In this document: positions 17,046 to 24,694 of the stretch, piece by piece | Layout of the letters: the number at the start of each line of letters is the position of its first letter | How positions within the stretch are numbered: the first letter of the stretch is position 1 | Assembly (NCBI GenBank): GCA_964649665.1 | Contig: CAZYPU010000002.1 | Location: forward strand, 5,855 to 69,854 | Direction: 5' to 3' | Length of the DNA stretch: 64,000 nucleotides | From: an uncultured Planctomycetia bacterium | Lineage (GTDB): Bacteria; Omnitrophota; Gorgyraeia; JABMRN01; RBG-13-46-9 | The notes under the pieces: model-generated | The model's database searches: none | Told to the model about the DNA's origin: nothing | Seen by the model: only the letters and a program-made list of their open reading frames with translations | Position numbers and translations under genes: made by a program

Positions 17046-18086
17046 ATGGATATAGAGAATTTAATACTTAGCGCGTTAAAGAAAAAAAAGCGGCTAAAAG
17101 CGTCCGAGATAATAAAATCTACGGAATTTTCGCGCGCTTATGTCAATAAGTTTTTTCAAAAATTAAGAAATGATGGGAAAATTATTCTGCTCGGCAAAGC
17201 CAATAGGGCGCATTACATACTTGCGACCGGGGAGGGGCTGAGACAGGCCAAAAGCGGCCTATTGAAAGTTACCCGCATGCTGCGGAATAGGGGCCTTGCA
17301 GAAGACGTCGTTCTCCGTGACATAAAGGAAAAAACGGGTATTTTTTCCGGCATACCCGGGAACATTTCGGATATTCTGGGTTATGCTTTCTCTGAAATGC
17401 TCAATAACGCTATTGAGCATTCCAGGTCCAACACTATCAGAATAGTTATGCAAAAACAGAAAGAAAGTATTGTATTTCGCGTTATCGATAAAGGGGTCGG
17501 TGTCTTTAACAACATAATGCGGAAAAAAAAGTTAAAGAATGAAATGGAGGCCATTCAGGATCTTATTAAGGGCAAAGAGACAACCGCGCCGGACGTTCAC
17601 ACAGGCGAAGGCATCTTTTTTACCTCAAAGGCAGCCGACATGCTGGTCATACGGAGCGGGCACAAAAAACTATCTTTCAACAATTTTTTACGGGATATCT
17701 TTATTAATGACGTAAAAGATACCGCCGGGTCGAAAATATTTTTTTCGATCAATATAAATTCGAAAAAGAAGCTCGATCATATTTTTAAACAATACACGGA
17801 CGAATCATTTGAATTCAGCAAAACAGAAGTAAACGTGAGGCTGTATAAGACGGTAAATGAATATATTTCCCGTTCGCAGGCAAGGAGGATTTTAAGCGGG
17901 CTGGGTAAATTCAAAAGAGTTTTATTGGATTTCAGGGGCGTAAAAACGGTGGGGCAGGGGTTTGCCGACGAGATATTTCGCGTATGGAAATCGCAGCACC
18001 CCGGCGTTTCCATTACCGCGCAAAATGCAAATGAGAATATAGAGTTCATGCTGCAGAGAGCCGGCGCCCCGTTTAAAAAGAAATAG
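17046..18086 (+). CDS. wHTH / GHKL-type ATPase (RsbW/SpoIIAB-like) / STAS-like (DUF4325-type) fusion protein
   Basis: N-terminal wHTH-like segment (LKASEIIKSTEFSRAYVNKFFQKLRNDGKI). N-box EMLNNAIEH, G1 DKGVGV and G2 GEGIFF. C-terminal LLDFRGVKTVGQGFADEIF resembles DUF4325/STAS. Confidence 0.6.
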   Translation: MDIENLILSALKKKKRLKASEIIKSTEFSRAYVNKFFQKLRNDGKIILLGKANRAHYILATGEGLRQAKSGLLKVTRMLRNRGLAEDVVLRDIKEKTGIFSGIPGNISDILGYAFSEMLNNAIEHSRSNTIRIVMQKQKESIVFRVIDKGVGVFNNIMRKKKLKNEMEAIQDLIKGKETTAPDVHTGEGIFFTSKAADMLVIRSGHKKLSFNNFLRDIFINDVKDTAGSKIFFSININSKKKLDHIFKQYTDESFEFSKTEVNVRLYKTVNEYISRSQARRILSGLGKFKRVLLDFRGVKTVGQGFADEIFRVWKSQHPGVSITAQNANENIEFMLQRAGAPFKKK

Positions 18087-18111
18087 GAGGTTCCATGCAA
18101 CAATACTGATT

Positions 18112-18468
18112 GTGGATGACGAAAAAGACCTGAGGGATTTGTTGAAGGCGAGGTTTGAGCTAAGCGGCTTTAAGTGCCTGACTGCCAAAGACGGCAAAGA
18201 GGCGATTAAAATTGTCAAGAAAGAGAAGCCGTCACTCATAATAATGGACCTCGTAATGCCTGAAATGGACGGCATCCAGGCCTATAAGGCCCTGAAAGCC
18301 GATGCCGAACACAAGCACATACCTATAATCGTATATACCGCCCAGCCGCCGGAGGTAGTGGTCAAAAAGGGCGAAACGGCGTTTGATGTGGTGGATTTCG
18401 TGCTGAAGCCATTTGACTCCAAAACGTTAGTTTTGGCGGTGAGGAAAATTCTAAGCAAAGAAGGGTAA
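18112..18468 (+). CDS. stand-alone response regulator receiver (REC); start uncertain, possible 1-nt frameshift at the 5' end
   Basis: ILIVDDE...IIMDLVMPEMDG...LKPF receiver motifs. The in-frame N-terminus (HATILIVDDE) has no ATG. The SD plus ATG at 18085-18097 is one base out of frame. Confidence 0.7.
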   Translation: MDDEKDLRDLLKARFELSGFKCLTAKDGKEAIKIVKKEKPSLIIMDLVMPEMDGIQAYKALKADAEHKHIPIIVYTAQPPEVVVKKGETAFDVVDFVLKPFDSKTLVLAVRKILSKEG

Positions 18469-18472
18469 TATT

Positions 18473-18501
18473 TTGACAATATCACGTCTATTAGGTATAC
18501 T
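18473..18501 (+). promoter_or_regulatory. sigma70-like promoter (TTGACA-17-TATACT) for the PAS/kinase operon
   Basis: Consensus -35 and near-consensus -10 read directly, about 50 nt upstream of the ATG at 18551. Confidence 0.5.
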
Positions 18502-18550
18502 TGAGGGGGCCGATAGAGGTAAACTCCTATAAAACGGAAAAAGGGATATC

Positions 18551-19837
18551 ATGAAGGTTACCGGAAGCAAGAAGATGGAAGATGAGTTGCGCGTAAGAGG
18601 CGAAGTCATATCGTCATCCATTAACGCTGTTGCTATCGCGGATCTTAAAGGGAATCTGGCATACGCAAACGCGTCTTTTTTGAAAATGTGGGGATATGCC
18701 TCCGGAGAGGTTCTGGGAAAACCGGCCGCGAAATTCTGGCACACAGAAAAAAAGGCATTAGAGATAATCGAGGCATTGCGCAAGAAGGGGGGGTGGATCG
18801 GTGAATTGACAGCAGTAAAAAAAGACGGCGCACACTTTGATGTCCAACTTTCCGCAAGTATGGCGAAAGACAATAGCGGTAAACCCGTCTGCATGGTGGC
18901 TTCTTTCGTAGATATCAGCGCACATAAGAAGGCAGGCGAAGAACTCCTGGCAAGCGAGGTGAAGTACAGGACGCTTCTTGAAGGGCTTCCGCAGAAGATA
19001 TTTCTTAAGGACAGGAATCTAGTTTACGTATCCTGCAATCGGAACTATGCCCGCGATTTAAAAATTAAATCAGATAAAATCTCCGGAAAGACGGATTATG
19101 ACCTGTTCGCGAAAGATTTAGCTGAAAAATACCGCACAGACGATAAGAAAATTTTGGCGTCCGGAAGAAAGTTAGATATCGAGGAGAGGTACATAGAGAA
19201 AGGCCGGGAGATCTTAGTTCGCACTGTCAAAGAACCTCTTAAGGATACAGACGGCGCTACCATCGGGGTTTTGGGTATTTTCTGGGACGTTACCGAAGAG
19301 AAAAAGATACGGGATGAAAAAGAAAAACTTTTACACGACCTTGGCGAGCGCGTCAAAGAGCTCGATTGCCTATACGGGCTTTCTTTGATCGTAGAGAAGC
19401 CAGGAATCTCGTTAGAAAGGCTATTTCAGGAGGCGGTTAAAATAATCCCGCCAGCATGGCAGTACCCGGATATTACGCGCGCCAGAATAGTTTTTGAGAA
19501 CAAGGAAGTCAAGAGCCCTGATTTCAGAACGGCCAGGTGGAAGCAGGAAGCCGATATAATAGTGCACGGGAAAAAGGCAGGTATCATCGAGGTTATTTAC
19601 GTAGAAAAAAAACTGGACGTAAACGGAGACCCATTTTTAAAAGAAAAAAGGAAACTGATAGACGCCCTTGCCGAGCGGTTTGGAAGAATCACCGAACACA
19701 AGAGAACGGAGGAAGAATTAAAAAAGAAAATGCGGGACCTGGAGAGATTCAGTAAAATCGCGGTGGATCGGGAGCTTAAAATGAAAGAGCTTAAAGCGCG
19801 CATAAAGGAGCTCGAAGCAAAACTCAGGGAAAAATGA
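18551..19837 (+). CDS. cytoplasmic sensor protein: two PAS domains, a GAF-like module and a coiled-coil tail, no output domain
   Basis: PAS S-box-like repeats (FLKMWGY..., DGAHFDVQLS; NRNYARDL...). KELDCLYGLS...QYPDITRARIVF module. Heptad-rich C-terminus. Confidence 0.7.
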   Translation: MKVTGSKKMEDELRVRGEVISSSINAVAIADLKGNLAYANASFLKMWGYASGEVLGKPAAKFWHTEKKALEIIEALRKKGGWIGELTAVKKDGAHFDVQLSASMAKDNSGKPVCMVASFVDISAHKKAGEELLASEVKYRTLLEGLPQKIFLKDRNLVYVSCNRNYARDLKIKSDKISGKTDYDLFAKDLAEKYRTDDKKILASGRKLDIEERYIEKGREILVRTVKEPLKDTDGATIGVLGIFWDVTEEKKIRDEKEKLLHDLGERVKELDCLYGLSLIVEKPGISLERLFQEAVKIIPPAWQYPDITRARIVFENKEVKSPDFRTARWKQEADIIVHGKKAGIIEVIYVEKKLDVNGDPFLKEKRKLIDALAERFGRITEHKRTEEELKKKMRDLERFSKIAVDRELKMKELKARIKELEAKLREK

Positions 19838-21903
19838 AAAAGCAAACGCGCTACAAAAGAAGCGTTAGGTTCAAGGCAACGCAGGTTATTTGCGGTGCCA
19901 CATTAATTATTGCGGTTATAGGGTTAAGCGGGGGGTATTTTTTGGGATTTAGATTAGTGCGTACTCTAATCGGAGAAAATTACGCAAGAATGGCCGGGTT
20001 GCTCGCAAACTCCGTTGATAGAATTATTATCGAAGAGATAAATGATGTAAAAACCTATGTGGACAGCCCATTCTGGAAGATGGCGATTGAGGAGAGTAAT
20101 TTAAGGTACAAAACCATGAGCCCCGAAGCTGCCAAAAGATTTTTTCTGGATACCGATGAGAGGTGGAAGGAAGCCCTTCCCGATAGCCCACTCGTTAAGC
20201 AATATTTAGATAGCACGCTTAGCATAAGATTAAGAAAACTGGCCAAGAATAACAAAACTGTAGTGGAAATTTTTGCTACCGATAAAAAAGGCGCCTTGGT
20301 GGCATCCTCGGGCAAAACGAGTGATTTTTATCAGGCAGACGAAGAATGGTGGCAGCGTGCTTTCGCTGGCGGCAAGGGCAAGGTTTGCATGGGAAATATC
20401 GAGTTTGATGAGTCAGCCGATGTATGGGTTTTATCTATCGCCGTTCCTATCAGGGACGAATCCGGCCAGGTAGTAGGGGTGTGCAAATGCCTGGAGGGGA
20501 TCGAAAGATTTATGGGCCACCTGAAGGATTTTAAAATCGGTAAAGAAGGACACGCTGTTCTGGTTAACGAAAAAGGCAATATCATAATTCATGGGGAAAT
20601 AAAGCCGTTGTCGATGAAATTCGCAAAAGAGGAAATTCTTCGGAAGATTTATTCGACCGAAAGAAAATGGGAGATAATAAAAGACCCGCATATTCATAAA
20701 GGAAAAATTTTTGTCGCCTATGCTGAAATTTTGCACCCTTTCCTTATAGAAAGCGGAATAAGGTGGGTAGTTTTTGTAGACCATGATGTGGATGAGGTAT
20801 TCGCGCCTTTAAACAAATTGTTTTTACAAATGTCTGTTGTCGTGGCCATAGTGATATTAAGCCTTATCCCCGTAGCGTTTATTTTCGGCGGAGTACTTGC
20901 AAAACCATTACGAAAACTTAGCGAAGCAACGAAAGAGATCGCAAGAGGCAACTGGGATTACGACCTCAAGATTAAAACAGGCGACGAAATCGAAGAACTC
21001 GCTGTTTCGTTTAGAAAGATGCTCTCGAGTATTAGAGAGAAACAAAAGGAAATCACAGAAGCCAAGGACAAATTTCAGAACCTGTCAGAAACCCTGGATG
21101 CGAAGGTCAGGGGGCGCACTAAGGAATTGACCCAAGCCCAGGAGGCGACGTTAAATATATTGGAAGATCTGCAGGAAGCGAAAAATAAGATAGAAGAGAC
21201 CTTGAAAATAAAGTCTGAATTTACCTCTGTGGTATCGCACGAGTTGAGAACGCCGCTTACGGCAATTAAGGAAGGCATTGCTATAGTTCTGGATGGGACA
21301 GCCGGAAGAATTAACCCGGAACAGAAGGATTTTCTGGATACGGCAAAGCGAAACGTCGACCGCCTTGCGCGCCTCATAAACGACGTTCTCGATTTCCAGA
21401 AATTGGAAGCCGGCAGGGTAGAGTTTAGAATGGAAGAAAACGACATAAATGAGGTTGTCAGGGAAGTCGAAAAAGAAATGGCACCTGTCGTAAAAGAGAA
21501 AAAGCTGGATTTTTCCGTTAAACTTGACAAAAAAATACACAAAATAAAATTCGACAGAGACACCGTCATTCAGGTGCTTACGAATCTTGTCAGTAATGCC
21601 GTAAAATTCACGGAAAAAGGCGCCATTACGATTATTACGGACTACGACCGAAAGGATAACGCAATTCTTGTTTCAGTAAAAGATACCGGCCCGGGGATTA
21701 AAAAAGAAGATTTACCGCGCCTTTTCCGGAGATACGAACAACTGGAAAAAGGCAAGGGAAGAAAGACCGGCGGAACAGGCCTTGGCCTTGCGATTTCGAA
21801 AGAAATAATCACGCGGCATAGCGGAAAAATCTGGGCGGCATCAGAACCCGGCAAGGGCTCGACCTTTTGCTTCGTTTTGCCTGTTAAGGAACGAAGGAGT
21901 TAA
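19834..21903 (+). CDS. sensor histidine kinase (TM / Cache-like periplasmic domain / TM / HAMP / HisKA / HATPase_c)
   Basis: H-box SHELRTPLTAI, N-box LVSNAVKFT, G-boxes DTGPGI and GTGLGLAISKEI. HAMP after the second TM segment. Confidence 0.85.
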   Translation: MKKQTRYKRSVRFKATQVICGATLIIAVIGLSGGYFLGFRLVRTLIGENYARMAGLLANSVDRIIIEEINDVKTYVDSPFWKMAIEESNLRYKTMSPEAAKRFFLDTDERWKEALPDSPLVKQYLDSTLSIRLRKLAKNNKTVVEIFATDKKGALVASSGKTSDFYQADEEWWQRAFAGGKGKVCMGNIEFDESADVWVLSIAVPIRDESGQVVGVCKCLEGIERFMGHLKDFKIGKEGHAVLVNEKGNIIIHGEIKPLSMKFAKEEILRKIYSTERKWEIIKDPHIHKGKIFVAYAEILHPFLIESGIRWVVFVDHDVDEVFAPLNKLFLQMSVVVAIVILSLIPVAFIFGGVLAKPLRKLSEATKEIARGNWDYDLKIKTGDEIEELAVSFRKMLSSIREKQKEITEAKDKFQNLSETLDAKVRGRTKELTQAQEATLNILEDLQEAKNKIEETLKIKSEFTSVVSHELRTPLTAIKEGIAIVLDGTAGRINPEQKDFLDTAKRNVDRLARLINDVLDFQKLEAGRVEFRMEENDINEVVREVEKEMAPVVKEKKLDFSVKLDKKIHKIKFDRDTVIQVLTNLVSNAVKFTEKGAITIITDYDRKDNAILVSVKDTGPGIKKEDLPRLFRRYEQLEKGKGRKTGGTGLGLAISKEIITRHSGKIWAASEPGKGSTFCFVLPVKERRS

Positions 21904-21904
21904 T

Positions 21905-22270
21905 ATGGCCAAGAAAGTATTAGTAGTTGACGACGAACCGGATATTCTTAAAATCGTGTGTTTTCGGCTGAAAAAAGCCGGCTACGAAGTTAAGACAGCC
22001 TCTGACGGAAAGGCCGCGCTTGATTTAATAGAAAAAGACCGCCCTGATTTAATCCTTCTTGATCTTCGTATGCCTGTAATGGATGGATACGAGGTTTGCA
22101 GGAAGATAAAGTCAGATGAGAAGTTGGGGGATACGCCGATTATTTTTATTACCGCAAGTTCCGGGGCTACAGTAAAGGATAAAGTCCGCGAATACAAAGC
22201 GGATGATTATATCATAAAACCTTTCGAGCCGGAGGAATTGATCGCGAAAGTGAAAAAATTTATAAGTTAA
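21905..22270 (+). CDS. stand-alone response regulator receiver (REC)
   Basis: VLVVDDEPD...LILLDLRMPVMDGYE...IIKPF receiver motifs. Confidence 0.85.
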   Translation: MAKKVLVVDDEPDILKIVCFRLKKAGYEVKTASDGKAALDLIEKDRPDLILLDLRMPVMDGYEVCRKIKSDEKLGDTPIIFITASSGATVKDKVREYKADDYIIKPFEPEELIAKVKKFIS

Positions 22271-22276
22271 GAAAAA

Positions 22277-22314
22277 GACCGGGGCGGTTGCCAAATATGG
22301 CAACCGCCCCGGTC
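22277..22314. terminator. perfect 16-bp stem-loop after the REC gene (no T-tract)
   Basis: GACCGGGGCGGTTGCC-aaatat-GGCAACCGCCCCGGTC. Preceded by an A-run and followed by TGAAGG, so intrinsic-terminator status is uncertain. Confidence 0.4.
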
Positions 22315-22326
22315 TGAAGGACAGGC

Positions 22327-23772
22327 ATGCCGAAAGCGAACATTTTAGTAGTAGATGACGAAATCGACGTAACAAAAGTCGTAGGCGCCAGGTTAAAAAA
22401 AGCGGATTTTGACGTTTCTACGGCAAAAGACGGTAAAGAGGGTTTATCTTTTGCGAAGAAGGCGGTACCCGACCTCATTCTTCTGGACATAATGATGCCC
22501 GGCATGGACGGCTATGAAGTGGCCGAGCGTCTCCAGAAGGACCCCAAGACCTCGCTTATCCCCATAATCATGCTTACGGCGAAGGCATCCTCCGATGATA
22601 AAATAAAGGCGTTAAAAATGGGCATCGATGATTACATAACGAAGCCCTATGACGCCAACGAGCTCATAGCGAGGGTGGAGGCAGTATTAAGAAGGACAAA
22701 AAAAGAGCCCTTTCCGAGCGCCGTGCCCCTCTCTCTCGATGAGAAAAAAAGAATACAACTATTGGAGAAAATGATAAGCGAAAAGGTCATGAAACTTACG
22801 CTGGAATATAACATGGCGAGTTTTAACGGATATTCCTGGCCGTATGCGGCCGAATTTTTCAATGCAAAAGACGGCTCGGAAATCAATCACATTAATTTCA
22901 TTGCGGAAAAAGGCTGCTTTGACAGAGAATTTTTCGACAAGGTGCTCCTGTGTCCGCACTGCGGCCATCATGACATTAATGTTCGCGAGACCTGCCCTTC
23001 GAATCACAGCGCGAATGTTTCGGTAGCGGAGATGATACATCATTTCAGGTGCGGCTACGTGGGCACCATAGCGGAATTCCAGCAGGGTATCCGGTATGTC
23101 TGCCCAAAATGCGGAACTGAACTTCGCCAGGTCGGCATCGATTATGACAAGCCGGGCCAGAGCTACATATGCCATGATACAAAAGAAAAATTTACCGAGC
23201 CCGACGTCTGGTGCCAGTGCAGGAACTGCAAGAAGCAGTTCGAAATCGACGATGCCGTAAGGAGCGACATTTTCTCTTACGTGCTTAACGAAAGGGGCAA
23301 ACAGACGGTTGAGACGGGTAGATTTTCCGAGATTAATCTGGAAACCGCGATTGTTGACGAAGATGTTGATTTGTATAACCTGCGGTATTTCAAGAAACAA
23401 TTTTCAGACGAAACAGAACGCGCAAAGAAATTTAAAAGGACATTTTCCCTTATCTTTGTCCGCATCCTGAATTTCGATAAAGTGGTGGAGGATCTGGGCA
23501 TTACGCGCCTCAGGTCCGTCCTTAAACAGATCGCCTCAATACTTAAGGAAAATTTATGGGACGTCGATACCCCCGCGCGTTACGATAAAAACGCGTTTAT
23601 CACCCTTCTGCCGGAAGCGGATATGGAAAAGGCAAAGGCGCTGGCAGATTCACTCAGTAAAAAAATAGCGGATTTGACAAGAGAAAATCTGCAAATAAAA
23701 ATAAACACGGTTTCTTATCCGGAGGATGGCGATACGGAAGACGCTCTGATTGAGAAGCTGTTGAAAACATAA
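22327..23772 (+). CDS. response regulator: REC / Cys-rich zinc-ribbon-like module / degenerate GGDEF-like domain
   Basis: REC (ILVVDDE, LLDIMMPGMDG, ITKPY). CPHC...CPKC...CQCRNC cluster at 22951-23229. C-terminal cyclase-like fold with RYDKNAF in place of RxGGDEF. Confidence 0.7.
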   Translation: MPKANILVVDDEIDVTKVVGARLKKADFDVSTAKDGKEGLSFAKKAVPDLILLDIMMPGMDGYEVAERLQKDPKTSLIPIIMLTAKASSDDKIKALKMGIDDYITKPYDANELIARVEAVLRRTKKEPFPSAVPLSLDEKKRIQLLEKMISEKVMKLTLEYNMASFNGYSWPYAAEFFNAKDGSEINHINFIAEKGCFDREFFDKVLLCPHCGHHDINVRETCPSNHSANVSVAEMIHHFRCGYVGTIAEFQQGIRYVCPKCGTELRQVGIDYDKPGQSYICHDTKEKFTEPDVWCQCRNCKKQFEIDDAVRSDIFSYVLNERGKQTVETGRFSEINLETAIVDEDVDLYNLRYFKKQFSDETERAKKFKRTFSLIFVRILNFDKVVEDLGITRLRSVLKQIASILKENLWDVDTPARYDKNAFITLLPEADMEKAKALADSLSKKIADLTRENLQIKINTVSYPEDGDTEDALIEKLLKT

Positions 23773-23776
23773 GCCT

Positions 23777-23937
23777 GTCATCCTGAGGAGGCCTGTCCCC
23801 CACCCTACGGGTCGTAGACCCGGAGGGAAAGGCCGACGACCGAAGGAAGTCCCGCATACCACAATGAACAATATAGGCCATGCGGGACGAAGGATCTTAA
23901 CGTAGAGATTCTTCGCCCCTTCGGGGCTCAGAATGAC
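23777..23937. repeat. family-2 composite repeat (GTCATCCTGAG...CTCAGAATGAC)
   Basis: Outer stem plus GTCCCGCAT/ATGCGGGAC, GAAGGATCTT/AGATTCTTCG and CCCC-TTCG-GGGG hairpins. Carries the 28-nt module ACCCTACGGGTCGTAGACCCGGAGGGAA. Confidence 0.7.
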
Positions 23938-23974
23938 AAAGTGGGGAAACTCCTCGCAAGAAAGAGGGTAATGC

Positions 23975-24694
23975 ATGAGGCTAAGAAAAATAGAAGCGTT
24001 TACGTCTACCAAGGAGCAGATCGAAAGGCAAAAGCCGAAGAAGGGCCTTCCGAAGCCGGTTAAGATATTCATATTTATCCTGATACTGTTTTCGCCCGTT
24101 TTCATATGGAAGGCCATTACTCATAATGCGGTATATTGCAACGGGCTTGTCATGGGGCAGCTCGAGCTTGAAATGGCGGGAGTGGACTTTCAGAAGATTC
24201 GCTCGGATGTAGACGGAGAAATTACTGAACTCCCCGCTCAAAAGGGCCGGAGGGTAGAGAAGGGAAGCCTCCTTGCCGTCATAAAAATAGAAAAAGACGG
24301 TAAGGTGGATCATGTTGAAATGAGGTCTAAAAACGAGGAACTGATAGTGAGCGAGAGCAGAAAAGTCGGGGATTTTATTAAAAGGGGCGATGTAATCTAC
24401 GGCGTCCTGCCGGTAGGGACGTATTGGGTGGAGGCGTTTGTTCCCGAGAAATATATACACCAGGTTCGCATGGGGGGAGAAGCGGTGATTTTTGAGGGCT
24501 CTTCCCGAAAGAGGTTCAGCGGAAAAATTGATTCCGTATCGGCGGAAGTCGAGACAATGCCGAAGATGTTCTCCATGTACCATTTTTCCCCCAAGAGGGT
24601 TTTTACCGCGAGAATATCGTTAACCGGCAGGGACATACCCCCGTACATACTTAAGTTCGGCATGAGGGTAAAGTGCAAGATCTATAAGAAATGA
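23975..24694 (+). CDS. short HlyD-family membrane-fusion-like protein (no obvious alpha-hairpin)
   Basis: N-terminal TM segment, lipoyl-like halves (GEITELPAQKGRRVEKGSLLAVI; VGDFIKRGDVIYGVL) and a beta-barrel-like segment (YWVEAFVPEKYIHQVRMGGEAVI...GKIDSVS). Only 239 aa. Confidence 0.6.
   Translation: MRLRKIEAFTSTKEQIERQKPKKGLPKPVKIFIFILILFSPVFIWKAITHNAVYCNGLVMGQLELEMAGVDFQKIRSDVDGEITELPAQKGRRVEKGSLLAVIKIEKDGKVDHVEMRSKNEELIVSESRKVGDFIKRGDVIYGVLPVGTYWVEAFVPEKYIHQVRMGGEAVIFEGSSRKRFSGKIDSVSAEVETMPKMFSMYHFSPKRVFTARISLTGRDIPPYILKFGMRVKCKIYKK

Noticed and set aside
22277-22314. The perfect 16-bp hairpin after the REC gene as a member of the repeat families or a regulatory RNA.
   Set aside because: It is a single simple stem-loop with no similarity to family 1 or 2 motifs. 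It is most simply a factor-dependent or T-tract-less terminator or insulator between two units.
16896-23776. Calling the AT-richer signalling block an integrated mobile element or genomic island.
   Set aside because: No integrase, transposase, tRNA attachment site or flanking direct repeats are visible. The bracketing elements belong to two different repeat families. I keep only the compositional observation.
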